A stretch of DNA of 64,000 bases from a virus (taxonomy: Duplodnaviria > Heunggongvirae > Uroviricota > Caudoviricetes), in IMG/VR virus record IMGVR_UViG_3300024298_000005; one strand, written 5' to 3'. Below, piece after piece: positions 1 through 9,961 of this stretch. The notes beneath the pieces were generated by a model. That model saw only the letters and a list, made by a program, of their open reading frames with translations. It was not told the DNA's origin and made no database searches. The position numbers were made by a program, and so were the translations under genes. How positions within the stretch are numbered: position 1 is the first letter of the stretch; each line of letters opens with the position of its first letter.

Positions 1-234
1 CCAGTGTTTAACCAGATTTCGAAGAACATACATAGCCCACCACCACCACGATACAGCAACGCCAAACATAATAGTTTCGCCCGATATCATAACATAACCT
101 AGTGTTGAATGGTCAAAGAATTTCCATATAAAAAATATGCCTGCTAGTGCCGTTAGAGGAAGGACAGCCGCTGCCCAAGCCCAAAGCCTGATTTGAGAAA
201 TTGTTTTGTTTTTAAAATTGTTGAAGTTTTCCAT
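1..234 (-). CDS. membrane protein, partial (continues past window start)
   Basis: ATG at 232-234 on minus; hydrophobic Trp-rich TM-like segment; truncated by window edge. Confidence 0.3.
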   Translation of the reverse strand, partial: MENFNNFKNKTISQIRLWAWAAAVLPLTALAGIFFIWKFFDHSTLGYVMISGETIMFGVAVSWWWWAMYVLRNLVKHW

Positions 235-295
235 GATAAAAATAGCCCTTAAGTGAGCTATAGTATTTAAAATGGAATACTAGGAAATTTAACTC

Positions 296-688
296 CTAGA
301 TAATTTCAACAAAAATGTTTGACTTGTCGCCTTTACTTTGAAATGCAGGCGGATCTATATCTGCGGTGTTTGTTAAATTTTCTATCACAGGCACACCATG
401 TAGATCGTCAAGTAGTAGACCTACAGGATTATTTCCTTTAAGAAACTCGTCAACTCTTTCAGTATCAAATTCCCATATCCAATAAGTTGCCTTGCCTTTC
501 CAAGGGTCGGGTAACGTTCCATTGTTAACCACAGGATCTTTTACCCAAGAAATATTGGCTCTTAATCCTATAGCCTGGATCAACGAATTGAAATTAGATT
601 GTTGTCCAATTTTAATTTTATCCGTTTCAGTCCTTGGAGGATTAGATCTTGTTATATCGACTAAGGTGGTAATTCTATATCGTGCCAT
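296..688 (-). CDS. hypothetical protein
   Basis: 130-aa ORF, AT-rich phage-like codon usage. Confidence 0.5.
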   Translation of the reverse strand: MARYRITTLVDITRSNPPRTETDKIKIGQQSNFNSLIQAIGLRANISWVKDPVVNNGTLPDPWKGKATYWIWEFDTERVDEFLKGNNPVGLLLDDLHGVPVIENLTNTADIDPPAFQSKGDKSNIFVEII

Positions 689-707
689 AATGTGCTACTA
701 TTTATGG

Positions 708-740
708 CCAAAGAAAAAGGGCGGAAAAAATCCGCCCCCA
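708..740 (-). terminator. rho-independent terminator (GGGCGG-loop-CCGCCC then T-run on minus strand)
   Basis: hairpin 719-737 followed on minus strand by TTTTTCTTT. Confidence 0.6.
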
Positions 741-760
741 CTTCCCATCCCTAGGAAATA

Positions 761-1111
761 TTAAACAGCTAGGCTGAATGTAGCAACAATAGATACGGTG
801 ATATCTGAACCGTAGTCGCCGCTTGTAGTACCTAGTGTACCTGTACCGTTCAATAGAACGTATGCTGGGTCTGTACCTAAAGTAGCTGCGTTGAAACCAA
901 CAACGTTGAAAGCGTCATTTGTTGCGCCAACGTCTGTACCGTTGCAAATTTTCTTTAGAACTGCTACTAGTTCTGCTTCAGTAGCTGAACCTGTACCTTT
1001 GCTGATAGAAGCAACGATAAGATTACCGCTAAGACCTTGTGTGTTTACTAATTGCTCGTAGTTCGCACCAAATGTTGTGCTGCCTACTGCTAATGATGTT
1101 ACGTCTGCCAT
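761..1111 (-). CDS. hypothetical Gly/Thr/Ala-rich protein (possible virion component)
   Basis: RBS GGAGAAAA upstream of ATG; strong stem-loop terminator immediately downstream (708-740). Confidence 0.55.
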   Translation of the reverse strand: MADVTSLAVGSTTFGANYEQLVNTQGLSGNLIVASISKGTGSATEAELVAVLKKICNGTDVGATNDAFNVVGFNAATLGTDPAYVLLNGTGTLGTTSGDYGSDITVSIVATFSLAV

Positions 1112-1200
1112 GATATTTTCTCCTTAAATCAATGACCTCGCTCAGAGGCCGGCATAATATTTAGCCGTTTTGGATAAAACTAGGAGTTTACTGCGTCTTT

Positions 1201-1527
1201 TTAACTAATTGCTTCCATCATTCTACGAAACCATGCTACGGTTCCTATTTGGAAACTTTCAATAGTGTTTTGCTTGGGCAATTCTATTTCTTTGCGAGCT
1301 GCTTCAATTAGCTTTTCGTAATTGGGAAGTTTAATAATAACATTAACAATAGATTCAACGGTGGCTAAATCTTTGTCTGTGGTCATTTGTCCTAGCAAAC
1401 GTTTGGCAATTTGATTTTCGTCAGTAATGTTGATATCATTTTCAACAAGACCTAGCTCAGAACTATAAGCTAGTCCTTTAGCTTCAGCAATAGACGATAA
1501 AAGTAATTCTTTATTCTTCGGATTCAT
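1201..1527 (-). CDS. hypothetical protein
   Basis: 108-aa ORF. Confidence 0.45.
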   Translation of the reverse strand: MNPKNKELLLSSIAEAKGLAYSSELGLVENDINITDENQIAKRLLGQMTTDKDLATVESIVNVIIKLPNYEKLIEAARKEIELPKQNTIESFQIGTVAWFRRMMEAIS

Positions 1528-1792
1528 TTAACTTATTCTTATGTTTTTTTGATTCTGAAATTTTTCTAACACCTCGCACAAATTTGGCGGGGTCTTGCCC
1601 TTTAATAGCATTAATAAGCCTACGCTCTAATTCATCTGCTTGTTCAGGGTCGTAGTGCTTATGAATACTTTCAAGTAAATTGATTGCAGAATTAATAATA
1701 TTGGTGGCTCTGCTTTCGATGAGAGCATCAGTATTGCGTCGAGACGCAACTTCATTTAGTTCCTGCAAAATTGAACGAGTTCTTAGTTTCAT
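1511..1792 (-). CDS. hypothetical protein
   Basis: 93-aa ORF overlapping upstream neighbor by 17 nt. Confidence 0.45.
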   Translation of the reverse strand: MKLRTRSILQELNEVASRRNTDALIESRATNIINSAINLLESIHKHYDPEQADELERRLINAIKGQDPAKFVRGVRKISESKKHKNKLNESEE

Positions 1793-1876
1793 CGCAATTC
1801 CAATTCGTATTATGTATTTAACTCAGATTAATCTATATTAAACAAAATTGTTGATAAAATCAAGTGTTGAAAAAAT

Positions 1877-2134
1877 GTGCGGGTGCAGCATATAATTGCT
1901 AAATATATTAGTAGAAACCATGAGTTGCTACACACACTTACAGAGGATAGACAGATGAAAATCTTATCAAGAAAGATGCTAGCCATTTTAGAGCGACTAG
2001 CAGAGATGTTCCCAGATAGCTCTTATCAAAGCCGCTTAGATCAATATCTAAGTACCAAAGGCATTACCGATGCCGCTCAGTTAGAAAACTACATACGTGA
2101 ATTCAGCTATAACAGCAAGGAGCAATATCTATGA
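1877..2134 (+). CDS. hypothetical protein (start may be internal at 1955 after GAGGA RBS)
   Basis: 85-aa ORF; better RBS precedes internal ATG at 1955. Confidence 0.35.
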   Translation: MRVQHIIAKYISRNHELLHTLTEDRQMKILSRKMLAILERLAEMFPDSSYQSRLDQYLSTKGITDAAQLENYIREFSYNSKEQYL

Positions 2135-2362
2135 AATTGATCAAATCAACTTGGAATTTTTTAATAGCTTGTGCAGAATCATTGCACGAATATCGAAATC
2201 GTAAAGGCTATAGAAACGGCGGATATTATTAAAAACTAAACAAAGGAAATTTACTCGAATGTTCGTATTTCCGTTGAATTTTTAGTAAAAGAGATATATA
2301 ATAAAGATTACAAAGCAGGTTGCTGAGTAATCGTAAAACATACACACACAAGGAGAAAAATT

Positions 2363-2581
2363 ATGTTTACAGCAGACTTTATCATCGACAGCGTTCAAAA
2401 CGCTAAAAAGCAATTTGTTAACACTTTTGTCGTTAACAATGAATCTTTCAAAGCAGAACTTATCAAATTAGTAGATGCACAAACTGAATTTGCTAAGGGT
2501 CAGGTTAAAACTACTCTTTCAATTGCAGAAGCATTTGTTAAAAACGCATCTGATGCAGTTTACGCAAAAAAAAGCAAGTAA
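2363..2581 (+). CDS. hypothetical small protein
   Basis: RBS AAGGAGAAAAATT then ATG. Confidence 0.5.
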   Translation: MFTADFIIDSVQNAKKQFVNTFVVNNESFKAELIKLVDAQTEFAKGQVKTTLSIAEAFVKNASDAVYAKKSK

Positions 2582-2610
2582 TTTTTTAACACACACAGAG
2601 GAAAAATAAA

Positions 2611-2886
2611 ATGACAAATAACGGATTAAATGAAATGGTTAAAGCACCAGAAGTTAAATTTAATAAAAACGGTTACGAGATTAGAACAGAAGTTTTAGCT
2701 ATGGCTAAGGACTTGGTTGGTCAAGACTTCCACTATAAATATTTGGGTTGGGAAGCTACCGTTGAACGTGATAAAGAAGGTAAAGTTATTACTAAAGTTA
2801 ATATGCCTGAGTTTCCTGGAATTGAAAAAGTTCTAGAAGCTGCTGAAAAGATGTATTCTTTTGTAAATACAGGCGCGAAGAAATAA
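2611..2886 (+). CDS. hypothetical small protein
   Basis: RBS AGAGGAAAAATAAA then ATG; terminator downstream. Confidence 0.5.
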   Translation: MTNNGLNEMVKAPEVKFNKNGYEIRTEVLAMAKDLVGQDFHYKYLGWEATVERDKEGKVITKVNMPEFPGIEKVLEAAEKMYSFVNTGAKK

Positions 2887-2931
2887 TATAGTCCACCGCA
2901 TAGCGGTATTATATAATTATGTACTAGAAAG

Positions 2932-2953
2932 AAAGGGCCCTTCGGGGCCCTTT
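2932..2953. terminator. bidirectional stem-loop terminator between convergent genes
   Basis: AAAGGGCCC-TTCG-GGGCCCTTT perfect 9-bp stem; T-rich flank on minus strand. Confidence 0.65.
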
Positions 2954-2955
2954 CA

Positions 2956-3660
2956 TTATGATCTAATTTTTGCTAAGTTTAATTTTTCAAGAATTTTAAT
3001 ATACAACCAACCTATATCAAACTCAAACCACTTGCGACTCAGTTTAGGGTTAGCGCCATCTCCGTGGTGGTTGTTATGTAATTCTTCACCGCCAATTAAA
3101 AATCCAATAGGAAAAATATTTCTGCTATTGTCCTTGACATCATAATTACGATACCCCCACCAATGTCCTATTCCGTTCACAACTCCTGCTGCAAAGAAAG
3201 GAATCCATATCATTTGAACTCCCCACACTACTACCCCAACAAGACCAAAAAGAACAAGGTCTATGACCAACATTAAAAGAATTCCTGCTAGGGGGTGGGG
3301 AGTATAAACATTGCGTTCAATCCAATCATCTGGAGTACCAATGCCAAGTTTATCGATCATATCTCTGTCTTTACTGGCTATTCCGTAATACCGTACTCCG
3401 TTGAACACTATATTTTTAATTCCAAAAATTAAAGGGCTATGAGGATCACCTTCTTTATCTGCATATTGATGATGTTTTCTATGTATTGCTACCCATTCTT
3501 TTGTGATCATTCCTGTAGTTAACCATAACCAAAAACGCATAAAGTGTTCAACCCAAGGATGAAATTGTACTGCTCGATGTGTTTGACCTCTATGCAAATA
3601 TAGAGTAACACAGGCAATGGTAATTTGTACCATTACCAGAGTATATATAAATTCTATCAT
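2956..3660 (-). CDS. membrane fatty-acid desaturase (delta-9 / DesC-like)
   Basis: His boxes HRxxxH, HRKHHxYxDKxGDPHSP and HNNHH; hydrophobic segments. Confidence 0.8.
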   Translation of the reverse strand: MIEFIYTLVMVQITIACVTLYLHRGQTHRAVQFHPWVEHFMRFWLWLTTGMITKEWVAIHRKHHQYADKEGDPHSPLIFGIKNIVFNGVRYYGIASKDRDMIDKLGIGTPDDWIERNVYTPHPLAGILLMLVIDLVLFGLVGVVVWGVQMIWIPFFAAGVVNGIGHWWGYRNYDVKDNSRNIFPIGFLIGGEELHNNHHGDGANPKLSRKWFEFDIGWLYIKILEKLNLAKIRS

Positions 3661-4241
3661 AAAAATTTCCCTATCCTGTCTAGGATAATGTTAACTACTT
3701 GATCACTAATAACAACTTCATAATGATTTAAAGGGACTTCAATTTGTTCAAAGTCTTGTCTGTAACGCATACTCTCTAGAGTAACTACCCCGTCATTGGG
3801 CTCATGTATCCAAGGACTCTGACCAACCGTGGTAACAACCTGAGTCCAATTTGGTGGGGCAGGTAAATCTCTAGCCACTATCATTGGTTTACTCATGGTG
3901 CCTACATCTTTCATTAGCCTATTAAAAGGCAGGAAGTAACGAGCAAAATCTGCTTCTTTACTTCCACCGTAGGGTGTGCTTAAACTTACACCGCCGTGTG
4001 TAGTTTCTTTATAATGATTAGCCAAATACAAAGAATAGATACCACCTAGACTATGGCTAATAAAGAACAATCGGTCAGCATCGTCGAGTTGACCTTTCAT
4101 TTGATTAAGGTTGTGCATAAACCCGTCATCACTCTTATATTCAAGCATGATGTCGGGTTCTTCAAATGTGTCTCTAACATATTGTCTAATGTGCGTAAAA
4201 CTTGCGGCAGTTGCACTTGCACCATGAATATATACTATCAT
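3657..4241 (-). CDS. alpha/beta hydrolase (lipase/esterase-like)
   Basis: nucleophile elbow SHSLGG (GxSxG); overlaps desaturase start (ATGA). Confidence 0.55.
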   Translation of the reverse strand: MIVYIHGASATAASFTHIRQYVRDTFEEPDIMLEYKSDDGFMHNLNQMKGQLDDADRLFFISHSLGGIYSLYLANHYKETTHGGVSLSTPYGGSKEADFARYFLPFNRLMKDVGTMSKPMIVARDLPAPPNWTQVVTTVGQSPWIHEPNDGVVTLESMRYRQDFEQIEVPLNHYEVVISDQVVNIILDRIGKFL

Positions 4242-4244
4242 ACA

Positions 4245-5519
4245 TTAATGAAATTGTTCTTCCTCTGTGCTACCAACTAGTGCTTGAGTAGAAGCATCTG
4301 CTTCGATGGTTGTAGTAACACGATCAAAATATCCTGTTCCTACTTCTCTTTGATGTTTTACTGCCTCAAACCCTAATGCCTGATTTGCAAATTCTTGCTC
4401 TTGCATTTTTACAAAAGCGGTCATTCCTTCTCGGGCATATCCATGTGCTAATTCAAACATACCGTTGTTTAAATTATGGAATCCGGCAAGAGTAATAAAT
4501 TGAAACTTATAACCCATCGCACCTAATTCGCGTTGAAACTTTGCAATGGTTGCATCGTCTAGGTTCTTCTTCCAGTTAAATGATGGCGAGCAGTTGTAGG
4601 CTAACATTTTACCTGGATGGTGTTTGTGTACTTCTTCTGCAAATCTTCTTGCGAAATCAAGATCAGGTTTCCCTGTTTCACACCATACAAGATCGGCGTA
4701 GGGTGCGTAGGCAACGGCTCTTGAGACTGCTTGTTCAAATCCGTTCTTTGTACGATAAAATCCTTCAACGGTTCTTTCGCCAGTAAGGAAAGGACGATCA
4801 TTATCATCAACATCACTAGTGATAAGATCGCCTGCTTCGGCATCAGTACGGGCAATAACCAAAGTAGGCACGCCCATGACATCAGCAGCAAGACGAGCAG
4901 CAACCAATTTGTTAATAGCTTCTCTTGTTGGTACAAGTACTTTTCCTCCCATATGTCCGCATTTTTTTACTGAGGCTAACTGATCTTCAAAATGTACACC
5001 GGCTGCACCGGCTTCGATCATAGCTTTCATTAATTCAAATGCATTTAACACTCCGCCAAACCCAGCTTCGGCATCGGCAATTATTGGAGCATAAAAATCT
5101 TGTTCTTTGCCTTCGCTCCAAGCAATCTGGTCTGCTCTTCGAAATGTATTATTAATCTTACGAACTACTGACGGGACCGAGTTAGCTGGATACAAACTTT
5201 GATCAGGGTACATTTCTCCTGCTAAATTAGCATCGCCTGCTACCTGCCATCCTGATAGATAAATTGCTTTTAATCCTGCTTTAACTTGTTGTAATGCTTG
5301 CATACCTGTTAAGGCACCAAGTGTATTAATATAATCTTCTGTGTGAAGAAGTTTAAATAATTTGTTTGCTTGTTCAACAGCGAACTGGCTCGGATGTATT
5401 TTGCTGCCTTGTAGGCGTACTACATCCTCTGCTGTGTAAGGTCGTTTAATACCGTTCCATCTTGGGTTTGTGGCCCAATCTTGTTGTAGTTCTTGCTGTC
5501 TCTGTGTACGTTGGTCCAT
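4245..5519 (-). CDS. aceA: isocitrate lyase
   Basis: signature KKCGHMGGK; 424 aa, colinear with bacterial ICL. Confidence 0.9.
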   Translation of the reverse strand: MDQRTQRQQELQQDWATNPRWNGIKRPYTAEDVVRLQGSKIHPSQFAVEQANKLFKLLHTEDYINTLGALTGMQALQQVKAGLKAIYLSGWQVAGDANLAGEMYPDQSLYPANSVPSVVRKINNTFRRADQIAWSEGKEQDFYAPIIADAEAGFGGVLNAFELMKAMIEAGAAGVHFEDQLASVKKCGHMGGKVLVPTREAINKLVAARLAADVMGVPTLVIARTDAEAGDLITSDVDDNDRPFLTGERTVEGFYRTKNGFEQAVSRAVAYAPYADLVWCETGKPDLDFARRFAEEVHKHHPGKMLAYNCSPSFNWKKNLDDATIAKFQRELGAMGYKFQFITLAGFHNLNNGMFELAHGYAREGMTAFVKMQEQEFANQALGFEAVKHQREVGTGYFDRVTTTIEADASTQALVGSTEEEQFH

Positions 5520-5566
5520 TTGGATCCTCCTTCTGTGATCCAGTATTTATGGCCCATTAAGACCTT

Positions 5567-6229
5567 TTAGGTATCTAACTGATCAACAAAATCTAACAGC
5601 AATTTATAGTGTTTTCCTTGATGATAATGCGGTTTCATCCAACTATAATGTTCTGTATACCAATTAAGTTGACTTTCAGGGTGGCAACCTATTAATCCTA
5701 TATTATTTTGAATAATAGCCATAGGATCTCCATTGGCGTATGTTGCTATTGTTTGAAATTTTTTATTATCACCGATCAATGCGCATCCATCATAGAAATA
5801 CATGCGTTCTTGTTGTCCTAACCAATTAATATTAATTGCTTTTGCATGTGGTCTACGGGTGTCGGTGTTTGGACGAGTGATATATTGAACAGCGTCAACA
5901 TTATCTAAAATATCAAAATAGTGTTTGCCTGCCCAATATGCTCCCATACATATTCCTAGATATTTTCCACCGTCTTGAATAAACTTTTTTATACGGGTCG
6001 TATGATTACGCATTAGATAATGCCAACTTTCGCTATCTCCAAAACCTCCTGGAATAGCAATCATATCAACATCATCAAAAAAGTTATCGTCAAGATCCCA
6101 TTTAGTGAATAATTTAAATTTATGATATGGTTGAAGTGCTTCGAGAATACCGTTCCCAGACTCTATTGAACATTTAGGTTGATGCACAAATAACGCTATC
6201 TTCATGCCACGGTCTTTATAAAAGCTCAC
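5567..6229 (-). CDS. class I glutamine amidotransferase-like protein
   Basis: IPGGFG ... GICMG nucleophile-elbow-like motif. Confidence 0.45.
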   Translation of the reverse strand: MSFYKDRGMKIALFVHQPKCSIESGNGILEALQPYHKFKLFTKWDLDDNFFDDVDMIAIPGGFGDSESWHYLMRNHTTRIKKFIQDGGKYLGICMGAYWAGKHYFDILDNVDAVQYITRPNTDTRRPHAKAININWLGQQERMYFYDGCALIGDNKKFQTIATYANGDPMAIIQNNIGLIGCHPESQLNWYTEHYSWMKPHYHQGKHYKLLLDFVDQLDT

Positions 6230-6322
6230 TTAGGGGACCATTCCGGGGCACGACTCCCATAATCCCCTGCCCAGCAGCCGGGCAACCCTATAGTAACGAT
6301 AACGTCCTAAGGTAGGGTGTTT

Positions 6323-7450
6323 TTACTCGCCTTCGCGAATCCTTTCAACACTTATGTCGTCTCTGGTTAAATTTGGATGTCTTGTAATTACTTTATTAAT
6401 TACATCTTCTTCATTTTCACCCTCAACTCTTGCTTGTCGATTGTTTGATAACAATGTAACTAAGAATGTTCCTGGACCTTCATCGGTCTGTTCTGGCTCA
6501 TCTTTTTCCTTAGGTTTTTCCGAAGCATATGAATGAGGCAAACGATCTTTTATATCAGCAATGGCTTGATTAATATCGTAACCGCCTTGCATAAGTTCAG
6601 TAGAGTTTTGTTTGATTTCTTCTGCTTTAGATTTCATAGCAGCAATAATATCTTTCATTAGTCCAGGAAACAACTCAGCAAACTTAGCATCACCACTTCT
6701 ATAAGATAAACTTTGATTGCCGTTATTCATTTGTCCTGTAGGACCATGCATCTGCCATTTGCCGTTCACATCATCAATGTTTTCTTTGTCAAGGATACTG
6801 ATAATAGGACCGTCCTTGGCATATCGATTAAACCATGTTAGACCGCTGCTTGACCCTGTACAGAATGAAGCATTGAAACCTGCAGAGTTATTAAATGTAT
6901 AACAAGCACCATAGTTGTAAGGTAATGTAATTAAGAAACGTTCATTATCAATCAACGTTGTTTCTTTCTTTTCACGTTTATGTCTTTCAATCGTTTCAGA
7001 GTCTTTAATACGACGTAGTTCGTCGCGGTATTCTCTAGTTTGTACAATTGCCTGAATCTGGCGTAAATTTTTAAAACGATTAAAATCTTGATCTTTTTCT
7101 TTTAACTTGCCACGAATACTTAGAGCTTTCCAAGCACCTAGAGCATCGCCACCTTCGCCGTTAATATCTTCGTAGTCAACTACACCATTAGTATATAAAC
7201 GAGTTAACCAATCATCAAATTTACCATCTTGTGAAAGATCGCCATAGTCAGTTGATCTTAAAGAAGCATCTAATAATTCACTCCACAAGTTTAGAATTTG
7301 CTCATCGGTCGGCTTAGGGCCTAATTTTGCCACTTTGTCTTTTGGCAATGTGCTGTCGTGACGCATTGCAATCCCAATCATTTTGATTGTTTTAGGATCT
7401 TTAATTTTAGCCGCTATGTTGGCTTCTGATATTACTTGTTCTAGTTTCAT
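6323..7450 (-). CDS. hypothetical protein
   Basis: 375-aa ORF. Confidence 0.5.
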   Translation of the reverse strand: MKLEQVISEANIAAKIKDPKTIKMIGIAMRHDSTLPKDKVAKLGPKPTDEQILNLWSELLDASLRSTDYGDLSQDGKFDDWLTRLYTNGVVDYEDINGEGGDALGAWKALSIRGKLKEKDQDFNRFKNLRQIQAIVQTREYRDELRRIKDSETIERHKREKKETTLIDNERFLITLPYNYGACYTFNNSAGFNASFCTGSSSGLTWFNRYAKDGPIISILDKENIDDVNGKWQMHGPTGQMNNGNQSLSYRSGDAKFAELFPGLMKDIIAAMKSKAEEIKQNSTELMQGGYDINQAIADIKDRLPHSYASEKPKEKDEPEQTDEGPGTFLVTLLSNNRQARVEGENEEDVINKVITRHPNLTRDDISVERIREGE

Positions 7451-8316
7451 CCTGATATCAATGCCCTTTTAAAGAAAGATAGAACAGCGCCTAGTTTCTT
7501 TTGATCACCACCGGCAATGTCTTTTAATAATTGTTGTGTGCCTTCACTTCTTTCTGCACTAAATCTACTACCATAACTTTTTGTTATAGCGCCTGTTTGT
7601 TCTGGATAAAAATGACTAGATGCCATTAGTACAGAAACATTGATAGCATTAGAGATAAATTCCGGAGTAACATCTTCACCGGCTTCTAATGCTTCTAACC
7701 CACTTTGTAATTTACTAACATGATTTAATTTTCGCTGTGCTTTTTCAAACGCATCATTTTTAATCATATTAGAAACATGTCCTTTAACATCGGCCATGGC
7801 TGCTGTAATAGCACGAATCCACAATGGTCTAAATTTTTTAATTAAAGTTTCTTGAGTTACTTCGTTAGAAGTTCCTTTTTTAGCATCTGCACGTTTTTTC
7901 TGTTTATCACTAACTGCTCGAGTATTTTTACCTACATAAAATTTTTGTAGTTTTCCAATCTCACCTTTAAGAAAATCTAGAATATTTCCGCCGCGTCCAT
8001 CTGATGTTGTTCGGATCGGGCCTCCGCTGCTGGCCACTGCATCATAAGTGCCGTTTCTTCCGGCTTTAATAGCACCAGTGCCTTTAGCACCTTGAATAAT
8101 AACCCATGCACCCTCGTAGGCATTTTTTAAATCGCTCCAGGATATTTTATCCACTGGACGATAACCAATGTCGTGTGCTAGTTTTAAATCCTTATGCAGG
8201 GCTTGGACCACTTCTTTACCGCCAGTTTGACCAGCAATAAGACTCATAGATGTGCTTGCTTCGACTACGTGGCCTTCTAGTAATTGAGCAAATATTTGAT
8301 AAGATTTTGGATTCAT
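7447..8316 (-). CDS. hypothetical protein
   Basis: 289-aa ORF, ATGA overlap with downstream gene. Confidence 0.5.
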   Translation of the reverse strand: MNPKSYQIFAQLLEGHVVEASTSMSLIAGQTGGKEVVQALHKDLKLAHDIGYRPVDKISWSDLKNAYEGAWVIIQGAKGTGAIKAGRNGTYDAVASSGGPIRTTSDGRGGNILDFLKGEIGKLQKFYVGKNTRAVSDKQKKRADAKKGTSNEVTQETLIKKFRPLWIRAITAAMADVKGHVSNMIKNDAFEKAQRKLNHVSKLQSGLEALEAGEDVTPEFISNAINVSVLMASSHFYPEQTGAITKSYGSRFSAERSEGTQQLLKDIAGGDQKKLGAVLSFFKRALISG

Positions 8317-8328
8317 ACTATATTTATT

Positions 8329-9138
8329 TTAATCGGCTTTTCCGCACTTGGCTCTTTTGGCGTTTGTTAATGCACCATAATCCACAGGCCATTCTTGTCC
8401 TGGTTGTAGCTCTCGAGCGTTAGCTGGAAATGCAAACTTTACTCCTGCAGCCTGTTCAATGCCGTTAATTGGGGTACGGAATTTAGTTAAATCATTGCCT
8501 AAATTAACATAGGGCTTTTTATGAGGGAACATCCAGCCAGCAACTGCTCCGGTTTGCTGATCAATTACAATCTTATAATATGCGTTTGGAACAATAACAC
8601 CGTTACCAATGTACCCATCACCAGCGCCATATAATGCCCCCACGTAGATCGTAAATGCGCGATTCTGCTGTACCGCCCACCCACGTACTGAAGTTTCCAG
8701 TAGTTTCCATATTCCACGGTTTAAACTTCCATGCTGTGGATACATGTTGGTCATGAGAAAACTCTCATACTCCACGATTTGGGACCAACTTAGGTCACCG
8801 TCGGGAGCAGCATGTCCTTTGTCGTAGCCTGTGCCTGCGTAGTCGCTCGGAGTAGGCCCATTTGGAATACTCTGGTCCGCAACGAATGCGTTCGTACGTG
8901 GAAAGCATCCTAAAGCATTTTGTGGTAGTAGTGTGTAGGCCACGTAAGCAGGAATTTTAACAGGAGCATCATATGCTACAAGATATGCTTCGCGGCAAAT
9001 TGGTTGTACTTGACGTTGTGTTTGTGCAAATCCATAAGGGCTGTGTACTTGACACGCCTGAACTGGCAATGGCGCTCTTTGTTCCCAGGCAAATGCTGTA
9101 GAAACAAACAGCGATAATAATAGTAGCAGTTTTTTCAT
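8329..9138 (-). CDS. secreted DNA/RNA non-specific endonuclease (Serratia NucA family)
   Basis: N-terminal signal peptide MKKLLLLLSLFVSTAFA; active-site motif YDKGHAAP (DRGH-type). Confidence 0.75.
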   Translation of the reverse strand: MKKLLLLLSLFVSTAFAWEQRAPLPVQACQVHSPYGFAQTQRQVQPICREAYLVAYDAPVKIPAYVAYTLLPQNALGCFPRTNAFVADQSIPNGPTPSDYAGTGYDKGHAAPDGDLSWSQIVEYESFLMTNMYPQHGSLNRGIWKLLETSVRGWAVQQNRAFTIYVGALYGAGDGYIGNGVIVPNAYYKIVIDQQTGAVAGWMFPHKKPYVNLGNDLTKFRTPINGIEQAAGVKFAFPANARELQPGQEWPVDYGALTNAKRAKCGKAD

Positions 9139-9170
9139 ATCTAGAACCTTATAATAATAGTATCAGATAT

Positions 9171-9794
9171 TTATACTGCTTTTTCTGTATACTCTGCTTT
9201 ATCCCAGCCTATTAAATAACTGGCTTTCCAATGGTTCTGTTCAAATCCTTGAAGATTTTCCCACTTGTCTCTTGTTTCCCAAATACGTTTTGCAGCATCT
9301 ATCCAATCTGTGTGTCGAGCAAGATATTCAAAATTTATAATTCTATTTTTAAAATGTTCGTAATCATAGTTGTCATATTCTATGTGTAGAACTTCGTATA
9401 CAATTCCAGAGGGAGATACAGCATCTAAGGCAAAATCAAATCCCCATTTACGTCTACTTCTAATTAGATAATCAGCTAAGGGATATGTTGATTTTATTTT
9501 TTTAAGTTGTTCTAAAGCAGCACCATCATAGGAACATCGACAAAGAAACATTGAATGATCAAGTATTAATCCTAAATCATCTTTTTCTAATTCAAACCAA
9601 GGTTCTTGCCAGCAATGATGATTTAATATATGATAATGAATAGGATATTCCATTTCATCGTAGAATTTTCTTTCTGCTACATTTAGTTCAAATCCGTCTT
9701 TATCATAGAACCTAAAATCATCTGCATTGATATTTTCAACCGCTCTATTGCAAGATGGATTTGACAACAATGTTATTTGTCGTCTGCGAAGCAT
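9171..9794 (-). CDS. hypothetical protein
   Basis: 207-aa ORF downstream of tail fibre. Confidence 0.5.
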   Translation of the reverse strand: MLRRRQITLLSNPSCNRAVENINADDFRFYDKDGFELNVAERKFYDEMEYPIHYHILNHHCWQEPWFELEKDDLGLILDHSMFLCRCSYDGAALEQLKKIKSTYPLADYLIRSRRKWGFDFALDAVSPSGIVYEVLHIEYDNYDYEHFKNRIINFEYLARHTDWIDAAKRIWETRDKWENLQGFEQNHWKASYLIGWDKAEYTEKAV

Positions 9795-9795
9795 T

Positions 9796-9951
9796 TTAAT
9801 TATAACCGCGATCTAAATAATTTTCTTCTTCTGATCTGCAACGATCGCAAGCACATTCGGAGCAATGATCGCAGGTTTCTTCTAAACAACTATGTCCGCA
9901 ATGTGCGGCGTGTTTACAATGATTACAAGTTAATTTTTTATAGTCTTCCAT
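9796..9951 (-). CDS. small Cys-rich (CxxC/CxH-repeat) metal-binding protein, 51 aa
   Basis: hand translation MEDYKKLTCNHCKHAAHCGHSCLEETCDHCSECACDRCRSEEENYLDRGYN; not in ORF track (<60 aa). Confidence 0.4.
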   Translation of the reverse strand: MEDYKKLTCNHCKHAAHCGHSCLEETCDHCSECACDRCRSEEENYLDRGYN

Positions 9952-9961
9952 TTTTCACTCC

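Noticed and set aside
4580-4973. ORFs 4580-4786 (+), 4601-4936 (-) and 4731-4973 (+) within isocitrate lyase
   Set aside because: They are alternative-frame or antisense ORFs inside a confidently identified enzyme gene.
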